From: a virus
Taxonomy: Duplodnaviria > Caudoviricetes
Reading direction: 5' to 3' (one strand)
Length of the DNA: 50,202 nucleotides
Virus record (IMG/VR): IMGVR_UViG_3300031519_008035
Span: 1 to 50,202 of that record
Shown here: positions 34,859 to 44,907 of the stretch, piece after piece
Layout: each line of letters opens with the position of its first letter
How positions within the stretch are numbered: the stretch's first letter is position 1
The notes under the pieces: generated by a model
Database searches by the model: none
Told to the model about the DNA's origin: nothing
Seen by the model: the letters and a program-made list of their open reading frames with translations, nothing else
Program-made: the position numbers and the translations under genes

Positions 34859-37327
34859 CTAATTTAATCTCCTAAATTCAACATCCACCTTGCTGTAATC
34901 TACCATGTAGTATCCTGTGTCTGTCATTTCTCTCGCCCATGGAACTTCCTGTGCCATCACGCCCTCGTATGTTCCATCAGTGTGTATGTATTTAAACTCG
35001 TAGATGTTGATTCCCTGTGGCGATCTTGAAATTAATTTTATATCTTTTTTTAACCTGGCATCGCTGAACGTGAATCCTGAGAAGAAACTCTTGACCGCCC
35101 CGCCTATGTTTCCTATCTTGTTTGATAAATTCACACCCACGTTCTGTAAGAAAGTTTGGCCACCCCTCGCGGCGTCCCTAGCATTGAACAGTCCCGCCTT
35201 GCTCGCCAGGCTCTTGACCTGGTTCATGCCCACTATCTGTCCACCCACCACACTGGTGTAGGTCTGGCTTATGCTGTTGAGATTGGCTATGGTGCCGTCT
35301 ATGTTCCCGGACGACAGATTCTTGGTCAGTCCTTGCACGGAATTAAGACTGCTGTTCAGCAGGTCTATGTTGCCACTTATTCCTGAGATTGTGTCGCTCC
35401 CCAGTGTGAACAGCTCTCCCGCACTGTTGACGAAAACATTGTCCTTGAACAGTTCTGTGCTCTTGCCTGTGAATTTCTCCACGACCTGTGAGGTAAGATT
35501 ACTGGTCAGGTCCTTGAGAGGAGAATTGAAATCTAACCCCTTGAACTTCTCTGAAATACTGTCCTTGATGTCGAACGGCAGATTTATCTTTTCCGAGATA
35601 CCGTATATCTCATTGTATTTGGTTCCAAACTCGGTCAGCAGTTCCTTGGCCTTGGCGGCGTTGGTGCTGTCACCTATTTTCTGTTTGACCCATTGCACTG
35701 CATCTTCCTGGTACTGGGCGTCACGGATCGCACTGTTCTCAGCCAATCTGTTCCTCATGTTCACGTACTCAGGAGTGCCTGGTGTGTTGGCCAACCTGCT
35801 CCATTGTTTCTTGTCATCGGCGTCCACGGGTATGATCCCGTCACTGGCTATCACGCTGGCCCTGAACATGGGCTCGTGTGTTACGAATCTGTGCACCGTG
35901 GTCTTGGTCTTCCTGGTGAATGCTTTCAGAGGTCTCTGAGCCTTGCCTGCCAACTCTACGTCGCCCTCGTCACGCAGTTGCATACCGACCTTGTCCTTGG
36001 TCAACCATGCTGGCCCCCATTTATCTATACCACCACCGCCGCCGGATCCTGGTCTGCCCATGGGCAGATTGAAGTGCACCTGAGAGCCTTGTAGGTGAAA
36101 CTGTCCCGAAGCACCGTGTAACTGCTGTCCCGGAGTGAATGATGAGATAGAACTCAATGCATAATTTTGTATACCACCCGCGGGCGAACTCTGTAAGATA
36201 CCTTTTTCTCCAACTGTCAGTATCGCATCAGCAGTTTGAATCATCTCCTTGGCCGAACTCATCCTGATCTGACCGTTGGCGTGCATGTTGATGTTGGAGT
36301 CCGAGTGCAGGTTGAAGTCCCCTTCCGTCCTCAAGTTTATTCCTCCCACTCCAGAATACACATCAATCCTGCCGTTCCTCTGCATCTCTATGTAGGCGTT
36401 ACCTGAACCGTTGGCTATGTACACCACACCTTCCGTGTCGTGCATCAACAGTTGGTGTCCTGATGCTGTTCTCAATCTAGTTAATTGGTTAGTACCGTCC
36501 TCGGCACCGTCGTCCATGACGAAAGTGTGTCCTGTCTTCCTCGTGACGTAGTCCTTTGCCCCGGAGTCTTTTGTGCCCACGTTCTCTTTTGTCGTGCCTC
36601 TGTCCTTACGGCCTGGTGTGCTGATACCAAAAACTTGGCTAGGTGTCTCCCTACGTGCTGAACTGGAGGTGTTACCCCTGATGTCATCCGCACTAAGACC
36701 CTGTTTCAATAGTGTTTCCGCGAACGGGTGTATGGGTTTTGGTATCGACTCGTAGTTGCCGTTCTGTAAGGCACCTTGCCTGTTCCTGTTCAGTTCTCCT
36801 GATGGTACATTGGTTGATCCGTATTTCGATTGTTTGTCATCCTGGAATCCTGCATCTGCTCCTTCGAACGTTCCATCCAGTGCGTCGTTGGTGTTTGTGC
36901 TGGACGCTATGCCCGGCATCATGTGATTGGTGTATGGCTCCTGCACACAACCCATCCAGTAGGCCTGCTCCATCTTGCCTTCAGCGAATATGACCAAGAC
37001 CTTTGTCTCCAGATCAGGTGGCACCATCCACATACCATATGAGTGCTGTGAGTCTTCGAATTCTGTGCCCGCTCCCTTGGCGTACTTGCCTCCCTTGGCT
37101 CCGTAGAAAGGTGCTAGGTATTCGCAGGTTATAAGTTGGTTCTCTGATGGGTCTGACGTTTTTGCCAGGCTTGGAATGTGTACTTTCAACCTACCCATCC
37201 TGGTGGGATCAATGTTGCCCTTGACTACGCCCAGGTATGGTCCCGGATTCTGTCCTGTCCATGACCTGTCTCCGCCCGGTGCTTTCGATGTGGAAGCGTC
37301 TCCCTTTAGATAGTTGTGCAATGACAT
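34859..37327 (-). CDS. Baseplate central spike (gp5/VgrG-like) with C-terminal peptidase S74 chaperone domain
   Basis: OB-fold GVVKGNIDPTRMGRLKVHIP...PPDLETKVLVIF...YWMG, beta-helix GHTFVMDD...RTASGHQLLMHD. C-terminal FSDARLKKDI...IYEFKY...GVMAQEV...VDY. Confidence 0.8.
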   Translation of the reverse strand: MSLHNYLKGDASTSKAPGGDRSWTGQNPGPYLGVVKGNIDPTRMGRLKVHIPSLAKTSDPSENQLITCEYLAPFYGAKGGKYAKGAGTEFEDSQHSYGMWMVPPDLETKVLVIFAEGKMEQAYWMGCVQEPYTNHMMPGIASSTNTNDALDGTFEGADAGFQDDKQSKYGSTNVPSGELNRNRQGALQNGNYESIPKPIHPFAETLLKQGLSADDIRGNTSSSARRETPSQVFGISTPGRKDRGTTKENVGTKDSGAKDYVTRKTGHTFVMDDGAEDGTNQLTRLRTASGHQLLMHDTEGVVYIANGSGNAYIEMQRNGRIDVYSGVGGINLRTEGDFNLHSDSNINMHANGQIRMSSAKEMIQTADAILTVGEKGILQSSPAGGIQNYALSSISSFTPGQQLHGASGQFHLQGSQVHFNLPMGRPGSGGGGGIDKWGPAWLTKDKVGMQLRDEGDVELAGKAQRPLKAFTRKTKTTVHRFVTHEPMFRASVIASDGIIPVDADDKKQWSRLANTPGTPEYVNMRNRLAENSAIRDAQYQEDAVQWVKQKIGDSTNAAKAKELLTEFGTKYNEIYGISEKINLPFDIKDSISEKFKGLDFNSPLKDLTSNLTSQVVEKFTGKSTELFKDNVFVNSAGELFTLGSDTISGISGNIDLLNSSLNSVQGLTKNLSSGNIDGTIANLNSISQTYTSVVGGQIVGMNQVKSLASKAGLFNARDAARGGQTFLQNVGVNLSNKIGNIGGAVKSFFSGFTFSDARLKKDIKLISRSPQGINIYEFKYIHTDGTYEGVMAQEVPWAREMTDTGYYMVDYSKVDVEFRRLN

Positions 37328-39636
37328 TAACTTATTAATCCTTTAATCTTGTTCGTGATTTTGTTCTTGATCCTACTCACATTTGCAGAAGCAAGATCTA
37401 TATATTTCTTCCCAATACTAGTTAAGTTGGATTTGACGTTGGTCAATTCTTTTGCACTGTAGAATTTGGTTAGTTCGTTCTTCAACACTACATATGATGT
37501 ACCATCTCTTAAAATGACGCTGGCGCTGGGTACAGGGTCTGATATGATCACGCCCTGGTTGTTGAATCTAGTGAGGTTCAACACGTTGGTGTACTTGCCA
37601 TCCGTGAAATTGTGTTCCACCTGCACCACCCTGTACAGTCCACTGAATTCCGCTGACTGGTCTGTCTGCAGTTCGTACACACCGGTCTGGTCGTTGAGGT
37701 CAGTCGGCATCCTGAAGTTCAGCAGTATGATCGGTTCCGCCACGTCAGTGTTGTAGCAACGTAGGTCACTGTTCCAAATTCTGTCCTTGTTACGCCTCCA
37801 ATACCCTATGTCTGGATCTGATGCCGTTCCGGCCCCTCTTGCGAAGTTCTTGGCGTTCAGTGGAATGAACTGTGACTGGCTGATCCATGCGGGGTCTCCC
37901 AGGATCTCCAACCTCACGTTGACCATGTCTGCCAATGGGTGTGTAAGAGAATCCAGGAACGAGTCCAACTGCGTTGGTGTGCCGCCGGTCTTACCTGCAC
38001 CCTCTCCTTTGGCATTTGATACTTCTGATTTTAGCAGTAGGTTACCGTCGGTGTTGTGTTCCGTGGCACTAGTACCACCAGTGGCCTTGTCAGAGGCGTC
38101 CTCGATCGTGTTCTTACGTAAATCTGTGGCTTCGAAATCCTTGAGTCGTGCCTGGAAGTATGCCACCCTGTAGTTGATGTCTAGGTCCATCACGTCCACG
38201 TTGTCGCCTGTGAATATGTAGTTGTAGGTCTTGAAAACGAAATTCTTGAAGTTCTGTCCTGTGCTGACACCCGGTATGGCCAATGAGTAGGCGTGTACCT
38301 TATATGGTTCAACATGGAAGTTGATCTTCTTCCTATTCGTAGCACGTATTTTGTCAAAGTCACCCTCAATAGGCACCACGCTGGCCCTGATCTTGAAGTA
38401 GTCAAAGTAGAAGTCTTGTGCCTTGTCCAACACCCCCTGTGCACCACCCTTGAACTGTGCGACATTAAGTGTATTTGTCACCTTGGTCTTCCACTGGTCG
38501 AACTTCTTGTCCGAGTATGCGGGATGGCCCTTCATGATCTCTTCCAGTATCTTTGTGATGGCGTTGCTGGAGTTTATCTTCATGTAGTCAGGTGGTATCT
38601 CTATGCCTGACGCAACATAATCTGCACCATCCGGTCCATTCACACCTTGCGAGGCCATTCCTGACTGTTCTAAGTTTTCAGTCGTGATGAAAGTGTCCTC
38701 TATGTAACTGTCTCCTTTCATATCCGCAGTTGCTCCTTTTACATCACCAGTAGACCTACCGGCAAACGTGATGGAGTATATGTCTGGTTTCTCAATCAGT
38801 CCTGTGTCCTTCTCGTCCTCGTTCTGTTTGTTCAACAGTGTTTCCAGTGTCTTGAACACGTCTGAAAGTCTCTTTCCATCCGGCGACAGTGTTCCTGCAG
38901 TCCTTGGGTAGTTGTACCTGTTCACATAGGCAAATTCGTTGTAGGGTATGGCCTTGACAGTGTACACCGTGCCCGCCTGGGTCACACTCATCTGCATGTC
39001 CACAAGTTTTACAGGTATCAGTCTTTTCATGTTCTGTGAATCCTTCGTTGATGCCGATCTGCCCTGTTCGTCAAATCCCTTGAAGTCTATGGTCAACAGG
39101 AACGGGGCATCTAGGTGATCCAGATATCCGTTGTTGACTGCGGCACCACGTATCCTCTCTAGTAACGTTATACCGGCTGGTTCAATGATCTCCATGGATA
39201 TCTGCGTCACAGACGTGAGTCTCCTCTTTTCGTTGAGACCTGGTATGCTGTTCATTGTGACGTTCCTGATGTAAAGGTCCCTGTTCTTTCCTAGCGTTTG
39301 CCTACTTTTTGAGAGGGCTGATAGTTGTCGTTCACTGAGGGTTGTACCTTTTGTAGCCTTTGCCAGATCCGTGGCCGGTGAGCTTTGATTCACATCTGTG
39401 CCAATACCAGAACTCCTCAATATGACGTCATGTGGTTTGGAGTTCAGCAGTGTTGTTGTGTCCTCGAGATCATCCTGTGATAGAGCACTCAGTGTAAACA
39501 GTGAAGTGTATGATGCGAACTGGTGTAGGGCGTTGGGATCGTTGATCGTGGTAACGTAGGTGTCGTTGCCCTTATTCAGTGTGCTTTTTTCTGTGTTCCC
39601 AAAACCAAACTCAGGACCATTATAATTAGTTGCCAT
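37327..39636 (-). CDS. Baseplate hub protein (gp27/late control D-like)
   Basis: Position between gp53-like and spike genes. LEILGDPAW and FSGLYRVVQVEHNFTDGKYTNVLNLTR hub-type C-terminal motif. Confidence 0.7.
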   Translation of the reverse strand: MATNYNGPEFGFGNTEKSTLNKGNDTYVTTINDPNALHQFASYTSLFTLSALSQDDLEDTTTLLNSKPHDVILRSSGIGTDVNQSSPATDLAKATKGTTLSERQLSALSKSRQTLGKNRDLYIRNVTMNSIPGLNEKRRLTSVTQISMEIIEPAGITLLERIRGAAVNNGYLDHLDAPFLLTIDFKGFDEQGRSASTKDSQNMKRLIPVKLVDMQMSVTQAGTVYTVKAIPYNEFAYVNRYNYPRTAGTLSPDGKRLSDVFKTLETLLNKQNEDEKDTGLIEKPDIYSITFAGRSTGDVKGATADMKGDSYIEDTFITTENLEQSGMASQGVNGPDGADYVASGIEIPPDYMKINSSNAITKILEEIMKGHPAYSDKKFDQWKTKVTNTLNVAQFKGGAQGVLDKAQDFYFDYFKIRASVVPIEGDFDKIRATNRKKINFHVEPYKVHAYSLAIPGVSTGQNFKNFVFKTYNYIFTGDNVDVMDLDINYRVAYFQARLKDFEATDLRKNTIEDASDKATGGTSATEHNTDGNLLLKSEVSNAKGEGAGKTGGTPTQLDSFLDSLTHPLADMVNVRLEILGDPAWISQSQFIPLNAKNFARGAGTASDPDIGYWRRNKDRIWNSDLRCYNTDVAEPIILLNFRMPTDLNDQTGVYELQTDQSAEFSGLYRVVQVEHNFTDGKYTNVLNLTRFNNQGVIISDPVPSASVILRDGTSYVVLKNELTKFYSAKELTNVKSNLTSIGKKYIDLASANVSRIKNKITNKIKGLIS

Positions 39637-39639
39637 GGA

Positions 39640-39939
39640 TTATATCCCTAGGTCTTTGAGAAGATTTTCCTTCTTGGGCAACTGTATGGTCACTCCTGGT
39701 TTGAAATCGTATATGGGATCTTCTATCTGGTCTGGATTCCTCTGTGCGAACACCCACCACAGTCTAGGTGAGCCGTACAGGTCATAGGCCAACAGGTCAG
39801 GCCTGTATGCGTATGTCCTCTCTACGGTGTAACTCTGGTCATCCTGTTCCGCTGTCAGCGTCCGTGGATTTAAAATATCTAGGTAATCCGCAACTTCCCT
39901 TGTCTCGAAATACGGTGATGTGTTTGAGTACTTGGCCAT
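39640..39939 (-). CDS. Baseplate wedge protein (gp53/LysM-like, tail X-like)
   Basis: YRPDLLAYDLYGSPRLWWVFAQRNP...DPIYDFKPGVTIQLP. Confidence 0.8.
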   Translation of the reverse strand: MAKYSNTSPYFETREVADYLDILNPRTLTAEQDDQSYTVERTYAYRPDLLAYDLYGSPRLWWVFAQRNPDQIEDPIYDFKPGVTIQLPKKENLLKDLGI

Positions 39940-40766
39940 TAGATGAATCCTACCTCGTTGCCCTTGCCATTAAGTTCACCGTTAACGAATTTCTTCATAG
40001 AGAAGTTCTTGATGGAATCCCTGCTGTAGATCGGTGTCACCAGCACTGATATGTTTGACAGTGTGGGTGCCCAGGTCTGATCTTTATCCAGCTCTGGCAA
40101 TCCCATACGTTCCCTTGTCCTGGGTGTTGAGTAGCCGTCTGGATTTTGTTTAGTAGAAATGTAATCTATGCCCGGTCTCAACTCAACGTTGAATGTGTTT
40201 ATCACCACTGGTACCCTGTTGAACATATGATCTCCGTAACCATACAAGTGCATGATCGGTGGTGGATTTCCTTTGAGTCCATCTAGGCCGTCATCACTAC
40301 CAAAGAACATCTTGGTCGCTGTCCTTAGGAAGTTTACGGTTGCTACCCAGTGCTTGGCATCCTCAGAATTCTGTACAGGAAATTCTCCAATTATGTTAAG
40401 CGAGTCCACCTGTGAGTTTTGGTATGCTTGATGTGGGAAATTGCTGTGTACTTGATCCATTGCGTTGTAGTTTGCAGAATGCTGTATTACCACTGCTGGT
40501 GTCAGTGGCCAAAACATGCCATTAGATTCTGCCAATGGGTTCATTATGGGATTGTTATCAAAATCAAAGAACTTCTTCAATGGTCCTTCCGGCACCTGTA
40601 ATCTCACACGCCAGTCTCTCTTATCGCTACGTCCGGACCACTTGGCCCTCGCATTCACTAGTCTGCTGTCCGTGGAAATACCCGCTCCTAAAAGCCTGCC
40701 CAAGGTCCTGTCGAATATGCCCGATCCCACGTTCTTGACTATCTTTCCAATTTCTCCAAATGCCAT
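39939..40766 (-). CDS. Tail tube initiator / baseplate-tube cap (gp48/gp54-like)
   Basis: FWPLTP...FLRTATKM...GNPPPIMHLYGYG..MF..VPVVI..FNVEL, first gene of the tail operon. Confidence 0.6.
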   Translation of the reverse strand: MAFGEIGKIVKNVGSGIFDRTLGRLLGAGISTDSRLVNARAKWSGRSDKRDWRVRLQVPEGPLKKFFDFDNNPIMNPLAESNGMFWPLTPAVVIQHSANYNAMDQVHSNFPHQAYQNSQVDSLNIIGEFPVQNSEDAKHWVATVNFLRTATKMFFGSDDGLDGLKGNPPPIMHLYGYGDHMFNRVPVVINTFNVELRPGIDYISTKQNPDGYSTPRTRERMGLPELDKDQTWAPTLSNISVLVTPIYSRDSIKNFSMKKFVNGELNGKGNEVGFI

Positions 40767-40774
40767 CTTAACGG

Positions 40775-40803
40775 TTGCTTTCCTTTGTTAAATTCAGTAT
40801 ACT
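40775..40803 (+). promoter_or_regulatory. Sigma70-type promoter for gp55-gp47-gp46 operon
   Basis: TTGCTT (40775-40780), 17 nt, TATACT (40798-40803). Confidence 0.6.
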
Positions 40804-40810
40804 TAAACTA

Positions 40811-40818
40811 TATTTATA
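40811..40818 (-). promoter_or_regulatory. Full T4 late promoter consensus TATAAATA driving the tail operon
   Basis: Exact TATAAATA on the minus strand ~45 nt upstream of 40766. Confidence 0.75.
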
Positions 40819-40884
40819 GGCATTTTCTAGGCACACTTAATTACCCATACGGCGCGAATCACAACAACATAAGGTAAACGAATT

Positions 40885-41874
40885 ATGAAGAGAGTCAAGT
40901 ACCTAAACAACAGAGATCTGTTGGCGCAGATACATGCCAGCAAGAACACCTACTGCTCATACATCACACCAGAGGACGCACGGTTTGATCTGATAGTGCC
41001 TACCCTCAAGAAAGTCAATGCCAGTGCTGTGGCACAGGCACGTAAGGCCAAGGCCAAAAGACTGACACAGGAGGCCTGGGAGGCGGCCAAGGATTCGGGA
41101 CTGAAGAAGATCAAACTAGTAGACTACACAGTGAGTCCCAGGAAGATAGAGAAGACAGATCTTGTGTTCAGGGTTATGATGTTTGATCATGTTCCCATGG
41201 ACGATCAACGAAAGAAGAATCCAAAGACCGTCGCAGATCATCATGCTAAAGTCAACTTCCCACCGTTCCAACACTACAAGTTTGATGGGAAAGACAATCT
41301 AGTGTGTGTGGGTAAATCACACTGGATAGGTGGAATGGACAACGGACACTGGTCAACAGATCACGGAAAGATGACCAACACGCTGGCACTCATGTACATG
41401 AAGTTGTGTGAGAGATATGGTACCAGGGCCAATTGGCGGGGCTACACCTACAACGACGAGATGCAGTCACAGGCACTGATGCAACTGAGTCAGATAGGTC
41501 TGCAGTTTGACGAATCAAAGTCAGACAATCCTTTCGCATACTACACGGCGGCGATAACAAACAGTTTCACAAGGATATTGAACATAGAGAAGAAGAATCA
41601 ATCGATCAGGGACGACCTACTGGAGTACAACGGCATGATGCCCAGTTTCACCAGACAGAATGAGAACACCACTGCGGGTCCTTCATACAAGAAGATGATG
41701 GAAACAGCACACGGTGATGTACATGAGGTTAACAAGACTGGACTCGCAAAGCTGAACAAGAAATTTAAAAAGAAGGGCGAAAATCTAGATCTCAAGGACG
41801 ATTTTGAGGGAGTCAAATTCAAGAACAAGATAGACATGACCAATCACAAACCAACCGTCAAGAAGAAATGGTAA
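40885..41874 (+). CDS. gp55: Late transcription sigma factor (T4 gp55-like)
   Basis: YLNNRDLL...NWRGYTYNDEM...QFDESKSDNPFAYYT..ITNSFTRILNIEKKNQ. Confidence 0.9.
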   Translation: MKRVKYLNNRDLLAQIHASKNTYCSYITPEDARFDLIVPTLKKVNASAVAQARKAKAKRLTQEAWEAAKDSGLKKIKLVDYTVSPRKIEKTDLVFRVMMFDHVPMDDQRKKNPKTVADHHAKVNFPPFQHYKFDGKDNLVCVGKSHWIGGMDNGHWSTDHGKMTNTLALMYMKLCERYGTRANWRGYTYNDEMQSQALMQLSQIGLQFDESKSDNPFAYYTAAITNSFTRILNIEKKNQSIRDDLLEYNGMMPSFTRQNENTTAGPSYKKMMETAHGDVHEVNKTGLAKLNKKFKKKGENLDLKDDFEGVKFKNKIDMTNHKPTVKKKW

Positions 41875-41877
41875 CCA

Positions 41878-42900
41878 ATGGCATTCTTTAAGAAAGTAGC
41901 CTGTTTCACAGACATTCACTTTGGATTGAAGGGCAACTCCAGGATTCACAACGATGACTGTGAAGACTTCGTAAGATGGTTCATAGAACAGGCCAAAGCC
42001 GAAGGCTGTGAGACCTGCATATTCCTAGGTGACTGGCACCATCACAGGTCAGCTACCAATGTTTCCACAATGAACTACACAGTTTCTAACATGGAACGAC
42101 TGGGTGCGGCATTTGAGAAGGTCTATGTGATCATGGGCAATCATGATCTGTATTACAGGGAGAAAAGAGAGATCAATTCCATGGAATACATCAGGAACAT
42201 TCCCAACATACACATCGTCAACCAATGGTTGGTAGAAAACGACGTTGCCATAATCCCGTGGATCGTGGAAGACGAATATAAAAAGATTGAGAAAATGAAG
42301 CAGAAGTATGTGTTTGGACATTTTGAACTGCCATACTTCAAGATGAACGCCATGGTAGAGATGCCAGATGTCGGTACTATACAAGCAGATCATTTCGCAG
42401 GATGTGGTAAGGTGTTCTCGGGACACTTCCACAAGAGACAGAACATGAAGAACATCACATACATGGGCAATGCGTTTCCCCACAACTACGCAGATGCCTG
42501 GGATGACGACAGAGGAATGATGATATTAGAGTGGGATGGTGAGCCCAAATATATAAACTGGCCGGACATGCCTAGATATATCACAATCAAAATAAGTGAG
42601 TTGTTGGCAGAACCAGAGAAATACCTAAAACCAAAGATGTATGTGAGAGTAACACTGGATATAAAGATCTCGTACGAAGAGGCCAACTTCGTCAGGGAGA
42701 CATTCATAGACAAATATAAGTTGAGAGAACTACAACTGATACCTGAGCAGGTAGACAACGCACAACAACCACTTGTGGAAGTGCAGAAGTTTGACAGCGT
42801 GGATCAGATCGTTATCAAACAGTTACAGGGCGTGGATTCCGAGGTGTATGACAAGAACGTATTAACAGCAATCTACAACGATCTCGATGTTGCGAATTAG
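41878..42900 (+). CDS. gp47: Recombination endonuclease subunit, Mre11/SbcD-like
   Basis: Phosphoesterase motifs DIHFG, GDWHH, GNHD, GHFE, SGHFH. Confidence 0.93.
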   Translation: MAFFKKVACFTDIHFGLKGNSRIHNDDCEDFVRWFIEQAKAEGCETCIFLGDWHHHRSATNVSTMNYTVSNMERLGAAFEKVYVIMGNHDLYYREKREINSMEYIRNIPNIHIVNQWLVENDVAIIPWIVEDEYKKIEKMKQKYVFGHFELPYFKMNAMVEMPDVGTIQADHFAGCGKVFSGHFHKRQNMKNITYMGNAFPHNYADAWDDDRGMMILEWDGEPKYINWPDMPRYITIKISELLAEPEKYLKPKMYVRVTLDIKISYEEANFVRETFIDKYKLRELQLIPEQVDNAQQPLVEVQKFDSVDQIVIKQLQGVDSEVYDKNVLTAIYNDLDVAN

Positions 42901-43132
42901 TAAGAAGAAATTAATTAAGGTGTTAAAAGGTGAACTCGATGAACCCGCAATATCAAAACAAACATTGTTGAATCAACTTGCAAAACCTGTGACACAGGAA
43001 GAATGGTTAAAAGGATACAAACGCTGGAAGAAACACATAGAAGAACACACAATTTCAACACCGTTGTCAGAATACGAAGCAATAGAAAACATAGGCAAGA
43101 AACGTAAAAGAAGAAAAAATGTTAACAATTAG
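42887..43132 (+). CDS. Small basic hypothetical protein
   Basis: 81 aa, overlaps both gp47 and gp46 by 14 nt. Confidence 0.6.
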   Translation: MLRISKKKLIKVLKGELDEPAISKQTLLNQLAKPVTQEEWLKGYKRWKKHIEEHTISTPLSEYEAIENIGKKRKRRKNVNN

Positions 43133-44894
43133 AGAACTTACAGTAAAGAACTTTATGAGCGTGGGTAACCAAGTGCAGGCCATCAACTTCGCTGACAAAA
43201 GCCTAGTGCTGGTCATCGGTGAGAACATGGATCTAGGTGGCGATGACGCAGGTGCCAGGAATGGCACAGGTAAAACAACGATCATCAATGCACTGTCGTA
43301 TGTGTTCTTTGGTGAAGCATTAACCAACATCAGGAGAGATAACCTCGTCAACAAGACCAACGAAAAGGGCATGGTTGTGAGTGTCAAGTTCATAAAGAAT
43401 GGAGTCACCTACACAATCGAAAGAGGGAGAAAACCTCAGATATTCAAGTTCTACGCAAACGACATAGAACAGAATCTAGAATCAAACGAAGCACAGGGCG
43501 AGAATCGGGAAACACAGGCAGAGATCAACAAGTTGATGGGCATGACACATTCCATGTTCAAGAACATAATAGCACTGAACACATACACACAACCGTTCTT
43601 GTCAACCAAGGCGGCGGAACAAAGAGAGATTATAGAGCAGTTGCTTGGCATAACCTTGCTGTCACAAAAAGCCGACCTTTTGAAAGAGAAACAGAAAGCA
43701 ACCAAACAATCGTTGACAGAAGAGAAATTAAAGATAGATGCCAGGGTAGCTTCAAATGAGAAGATACAGGAATCAATAGAAAGTCTTAAGATAAGATCCA
43801 CTGCATGGGCCAGCCAGAAAGACGAAGACATAAAAAGTTTCCAAGAAGCAATAGCAGAATTAGACAAAGTGGACATCACCAAAGAACTAGACGCACACAA
43901 AAGACTGTCCAAACACAACGAAATGCAGACTGCATTAAGAAGTTTGGAGAAGGAGAAAGCATATCATGAGGATTCGTTGACCAAAGCAGAAAGCACAGTT
44001 GGGAAGACAGAGAAAGATCTAGAGTTTGCGGAGGCGGCCAAATGTCCCACATGTGAACAGGAACTGCACGATGATAAACATGAACATCTAGTTGGAAAAC
44101 TTAAAACAACACTAACGGAATCAAAAGAATACGCAGAGAAACTCACAGACGATCTTGAAAAAATACAACAGGATGTAGATGCAATAGGCGACTTGGGCAA
44201 CATACCCGACACATATTATGACACAATGGACGAAGCGTACAATCACAAAGGGTCGTTGCAGGATCTAAAACGCCAGCTGGAGCAGACCGAGAAAAAAGAG
44301 GATGTGTACGCAGAACAGATTGAAGAGATGCAGAACAAGGCTATACAGAAGGTGGACTTTGAAAAGGCAAACGGATTGGAAGACCTACACAGACACCAGG
44401 AATTCCTGTACAAGTTGTTGACAGCAAAAGACTCATTCATAAGGACGAGGATCATTGAACAGAATTTATCTTACTTGAACCAGAGACTGGCACACTTCCT
44501 AGGCAAGGTCAAACTGCCGCACACGGTGGTTTTCCAGAGTGACCTGTCTGTGGAAATATCAGAGCTGGGCAGAGAATTGGATTTTGACAACCTGAGCAGA
44601 GGTGAGAGAAACAGGTTGATCCTGAGTCTGAGTTGGGCATTCAGAGATGTATGGGAAAGTCTTTATCAACAGATCAACTTGCTGTTCATTGACGAACTGA
44701 TCGATGCCGGCATGGACATATCTGGTGTTGAGAGTTCAATGGCTGTGTTGAAAGACATGAGCAGAACACAAAAGAAGAACATATTCCTGATATCTCACAA
44801 AGACGAATTGGTAAGCAGGGTGAATTCCGTACTGAAGGTAGTAAAAGAGAATGGTTTTACCAATTATGCTAATGATGTAGATATAATAGTTTAA
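43119..44894 (+). CDS. gp46: Recombination ATPase subunit, Rad50/SbcC-like
   Basis: Walker A NGTGKTT, coiled coil with CPTC zinc hook, LSRGE signature, LLFIDE Walker B, ISH. Confidence 0.95.
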   Translation: MLTIRELTVKNFMSVGNQVQAINFADKSLVLVIGENMDLGGDDAGARNGTGKTTIINALSYVFFGEALTNIRRDNLVNKTNEKGMVVSVKFIKNGVTYTIERGRKPQIFKFYANDIEQNLESNEAQGENRETQAEINKLMGMTHSMFKNIIALNTYTQPFLSTKAAEQREIIEQLLGITLLSQKADLLKEKQKATKQSLTEEKLKIDARVASNEKIQESIESLKIRSTAWASQKDEDIKSFQEAIAELDKVDITKELDAHKRLSKHNEMQTALRSLEKEKAYHEDSLTKAESTVGKTEKDLEFAEAAKCPTCEQELHDDKHEHLVGKLKTTLTESKEYAEKLTDDLEKIQQDVDAIGDLGNIPDTYYDTMDEAYNHKGSLQDLKRQLEQTEKKEDVYAEQIEEMQNKAIQKVDFEKANGLEDLHRHQEFLYKLLTAKDSFIRTRIIEQNLSYLNQRLAHFLGKVKLPHTVVFQSDLSVEISELGRELDFDNLSRGERNRLILSLSWAFRDVWESLYQQINLLFIDELIDAGMDISGVESSMAVLKDMSRTQKKNIFLISHKDELVSRVNSVLKVVKENGFTNYANDVDIIV

Positions 44895-44907
44895 TGAGGT
44901 TAATATC

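Noticed and set aside
8659-38610. Many long + strand ORFs antisense to structural genes (e.g. 9353-10279, 13578-14231, 16129-16821, 32222-32824, 35271-35939)
   Set aside because: Shadow ORFs produced by the codon bias of S/T/G/A-rich genes. They have no RBS or motifs and lie fully inside well-supported minus-strand CDSs.
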